DNA of 63,742 nucleotides, filler included, from Folioceros fuciformis (Eukaryota): assembly GCA_049999805.1 (NCBI GenBank). It is 10 parts of 10 records of this genome, joined end to end, with 100 filler letters (N's around TTAATTAATTAA, not from the genome) between each part and the next. Parts side by side here need not be neighbours in the genome. Positions count along the whole stretch, not along the records: positions 60,591 to 63,742 come from JBNGIO010001131.1; 9 more parts are not named here. One strand, written 5' to 3'. The position numbers and the translations under genes were made by a program. Positions 60,631 through 63,742 of this stretch are shown one piece after another. How positions within the stretch are numbered: position 1 is the first letter of the stretch; every line of letters starts with the position of its first letter. The notes beneath the pieces were generated by a model that ran no database searches, was not told the origin of the DNA, and saw only the letters and a program-made list of their open reading frames with translations.

Positions 60631-63515
60631 TACACTTGAGAAAAAAATTGTGAAGAGATGGATTGGGCTTTGGGTTTTCCTCTTATCTTTTGAGTAGATG
60701 GGACTTTTCATCTCTTTTTCAATATTAGAAAATAATCTCGTTCTATATGTTTAACCACCGTATCTATTTCATGGCATACCGAATGGGACAAAGGGAAGGT
60801 TGGATTATTTTAGGGTTTTCACCTTGCGTATCTCTGAGTATATACCACAAGATACATTTATTGCCCGAGTTTCACCTCGGAAGAACACTTTACTATAATG
60901 GAGACTGAAAATTGCACACATTTCAAGAGTTTTCCCAAAAACACTTCTCCCTCGTTGCAAATGGTTGCCTTGCTCATTGGGGTAAGACACCTGCACAACC
61001 TTCGGTCTTGCATGGACATGTCTAGGAAGGAGCGTTTCCACCACCACTAACAACGTGTGCGTCTGTGGAGGAGTTAAAAGATGCAAGGGACAAGGGATTC
61101 AAGGCCGAGCTAAAGTGTCGGGTACAAACTACCTCCCGGATATGTATTGATTGCATTGGGCTCTAATGGCTATCTATCTCTATTGCAGACGGAGGAACGT
61201 GCTATTGGAAGAGTAGTTGTGGGTGTGGACAAATGTAGTTGTGGGTGTGGACAAATGATGATTGCAATGTGTGGACGTAGCAAGGTGTGAACGTCTTGCA
61301 AAAATTGTATGGGTGTGCGTGAGAGATGTCACAGCAAAGCAATGCGGTGAAGTGCAATTAAGAAAACGCGCAGGGGGTAGGCAACGACGAGTGCTTATCG
61401 AACTACATGGTGGACAGTGTGTGTATGTGGCGAGGGAGAGGATGCCAACTTGTCTGAGTTGTGAGTGAGATGTGCTGAGCGTGACAAAAAGAATGGCCAA
61501 TTCTAATAGAAACGACGTTGATTGTAGAGTTGTTTTGAGTAAACTCAAAACATATTTGAGATAAGAAGAAGTGGAGAAGCCTCGCTGTTGTGTCTGGCAT
61601 TAAACTTGGTGGAACAAACAAATCCAAAAAAAGGTAGAATGGGGAGGGAGCACATGGTACAACTGAGCCAGCCGTATGTCCAAAGTTGTAGGATGGCCAT
61701 GATGGGGGGTGAGCAGGGAACCAAAGCGGGTTGATAGGGATGTGGGGGCCATCGCTCCATGGCTGGGATAGGCCCCGAATTGGCCTAAGCCCTGAATGAG
61801 AGGGAGGGAGCGGGGGGGCTATAGCTTGGAGGCCTCCGGCCATCACCACTTGTGCTGGCTAAAGGCCTCTCTTACAAAGTTATATGAGTGATAAGGAGGT
61901 CTGTAGCCATAGCATCGTGTGTTGTCCCCCTCCCGCAGGCTGTAGGACTGTAGGGGGTAGAGTGATGGTTGCGCATAGCGTGTTTAAGATACGCGAGCCA
62001 CGGACTTGGCCCTCATGCAACTAAGGAGGGATAGAGGGAGGCATAGGCTTGGCCCTCACGCGCCAAGGGAGGGATAGAGAGAGCCGCATCTAGGTGGGCT
62101 AAGAAGGGAGTCGCAAGTAGGGGGAGGCATGGCTTGGAGGGCCACTACGCTAAGAATGGAGGATGGGGTGAAGGCGTGAGATAGGAGGAGAGAGAAAACG
62201 TGTCCACCATGTAGCCCCAACCCCTAAATAGAGGAACCCTAAACCCGAACTCGCAACCTGGTACCTCCATCTACTACCAAAACAACATCTAAAATAAATC
62301 AAGTCTGTCCTCAAACCCTTCTTTTGCCTTTCGCTATAGTCATAAGGCATCACACTACCCTCCAAGAATGTTGTCTATTGCAGCTCAAGGGTTTGAGAAG
62401 GCCGACGTCTATTGCTATGCGAATTTACACGCTTCTAATTTCTGAGGAAAGTGAACATTGATATAAGGCACACTTCAAACATGATTTCCAAATCAGTTGT
62501 TTTTCTAGTAAACCATGGCGCGCACAATTGTGTGCTCGTCCACTTACAAGCATGTAGCCTATCTATCATGTAGCTCATCTACGCGTGCGTGGTGGTTTGC
62601 TCCTAGCGCAAACTTTTGTGCAACAATTGGTTCTTAGCGTGAACTTGAAAATACCACTTAGCTTCCAGCGTGCACTTTTAGATGGCAATAAATTAATTTA
62701 AAGGCTCCTAAATGTGGGGAGAGTAAAACGATAATGACACCTTAGGATTCAAATCCTTAGACCCTTGATTAGCCGTTTCTGGAGACGTTTGAGGTTGCTT
62801 CAACATCTTGAATGTCCCTTCAACATCTCTTCAACACTCGGTATTGAAGAAGAAGAGGAAGAAGGGAGTGCCCGGTTAGCAGTGTCTTGGAATTGCCTTG
62901 AGTTTTGTAGCATGTTATGATGGTATCAGGTGCATGGCTTGCACTTGGGTGTGTCATGCCTCGTGGTGGGCACGTACTTGTACATCACGAAAGCCTGTAG
63001 GTTTTATATCCTTAAAACTGGCGATTTGAAAGTAATCACACACGGGTAGAAAATAAGGGTTTATGAGAACAAAGAGTATGAATGGCCATTCAAAATGATG
63101 TGTGGACATAAATTTAATACATTCGTGTTCCGCCATATTGTTCATGGTGTAATTGCATCGTGAAGAGTGCTTGTTGTCTTTATTTTGCCACCTACAAAAT
63201 CCCGTAGAAACCAAGTAAAATGGCAAGAATGGCCATTTACTATTTAGATTTAGAATAAAACCCTATTTTTTGAGGACATACCCGACTATTTCGGCTTGGC
63301 CTTGGCAAGGCCAAATTGTGAACTCAAAATTGGCATTACCTTCCAACCCTAAACGATGAGTATGCATGGTGCCAAACAATGATGATGTCGTTAATGTTTA
63401 GAACTAAACCCTACCCATATTTTCTTGCAAAACCCCGAACGGCCGGTTTGGATTTTTTTTCTAATAGCTAAAAATTCGTACCCAGTCCCAAACCAGCCAT
63501 TCGTGTTCCTTTACG

Positions 63516-63572
63516 AAAGATTTCCAAAAGACCCCCTTTCTTCTAAAGGAAAGATTTCCAAAAGACCCCCTC
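63516..63572. repeat. Short two-copy direct repeat
   Basis: GAAAGATTTCCAAAAGACCCC twice. Confidence 0.75.
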
Positions 63573-63742
63573 TCTTTGCTTTGGTATGCTATACTATTCT
63601 GGTATGGCATACCAAATCGAACAAAGGGGAGGCTAGACTACTTTATGCTTTTCAACTTGGGTATCTAAGTGTATATACCCCAAGTGTTTGGTCTGGGCAT
63701 TATCCCAAAACAAACCTTTTCCAACAGTGGACACACAGATCT

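Noticed and set aside
60627..63742. Short ORFs in the last contig
   Set aside because: No recognisable domains; probably intergenic or decayed repeat DNA.

Overview
Eukaryotic land-plant nuclear DNA, not prokaryotic. It consists of ten unrelated contigs joined by nine artificial 100-bp spacers (44 N + TTAATTAATTAA + 44 N), so adjacency across a spacer means nothing. Short GT-AG introns, dense genes and PLS-class PPR genes with elongated L motifs suggest a non-seed plant, most plausibly a hornwort (inference). Genes: two intact PLS/E+ PPR RNA-editing factors, a PPR pseudogene, an IBR5-like dual-specificity phosphatase, a SAUR, an STY46-like ACT-domain kinase, a Tas-like aldo-keto reductase flanked by an inverted pair of uncharacterised membrane-protein paralogs, an NSP2-like GRAS factor with a very long N-terminus, an A1 aspartic protease and an LRR relic. 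Mobile elements: Gypsy, Copia and CRE-like fragments, plus two LINE-ORF1-like genes sharing an unassigned C-terminal domain. Best leads: (1) a conserved 16-aa hairpin-like insert in 11 PPR L motifs; (2) the spliced IBR5 P-loop reads CX5K instead of CX5R; (3) the ORF1-like family with an unknown domain, whose stops can all be explained by C-to-T changes; (4) the inverted paralog pair with reading-frame turnover at the 5' end. I found no unambiguous novel multi-gene system.
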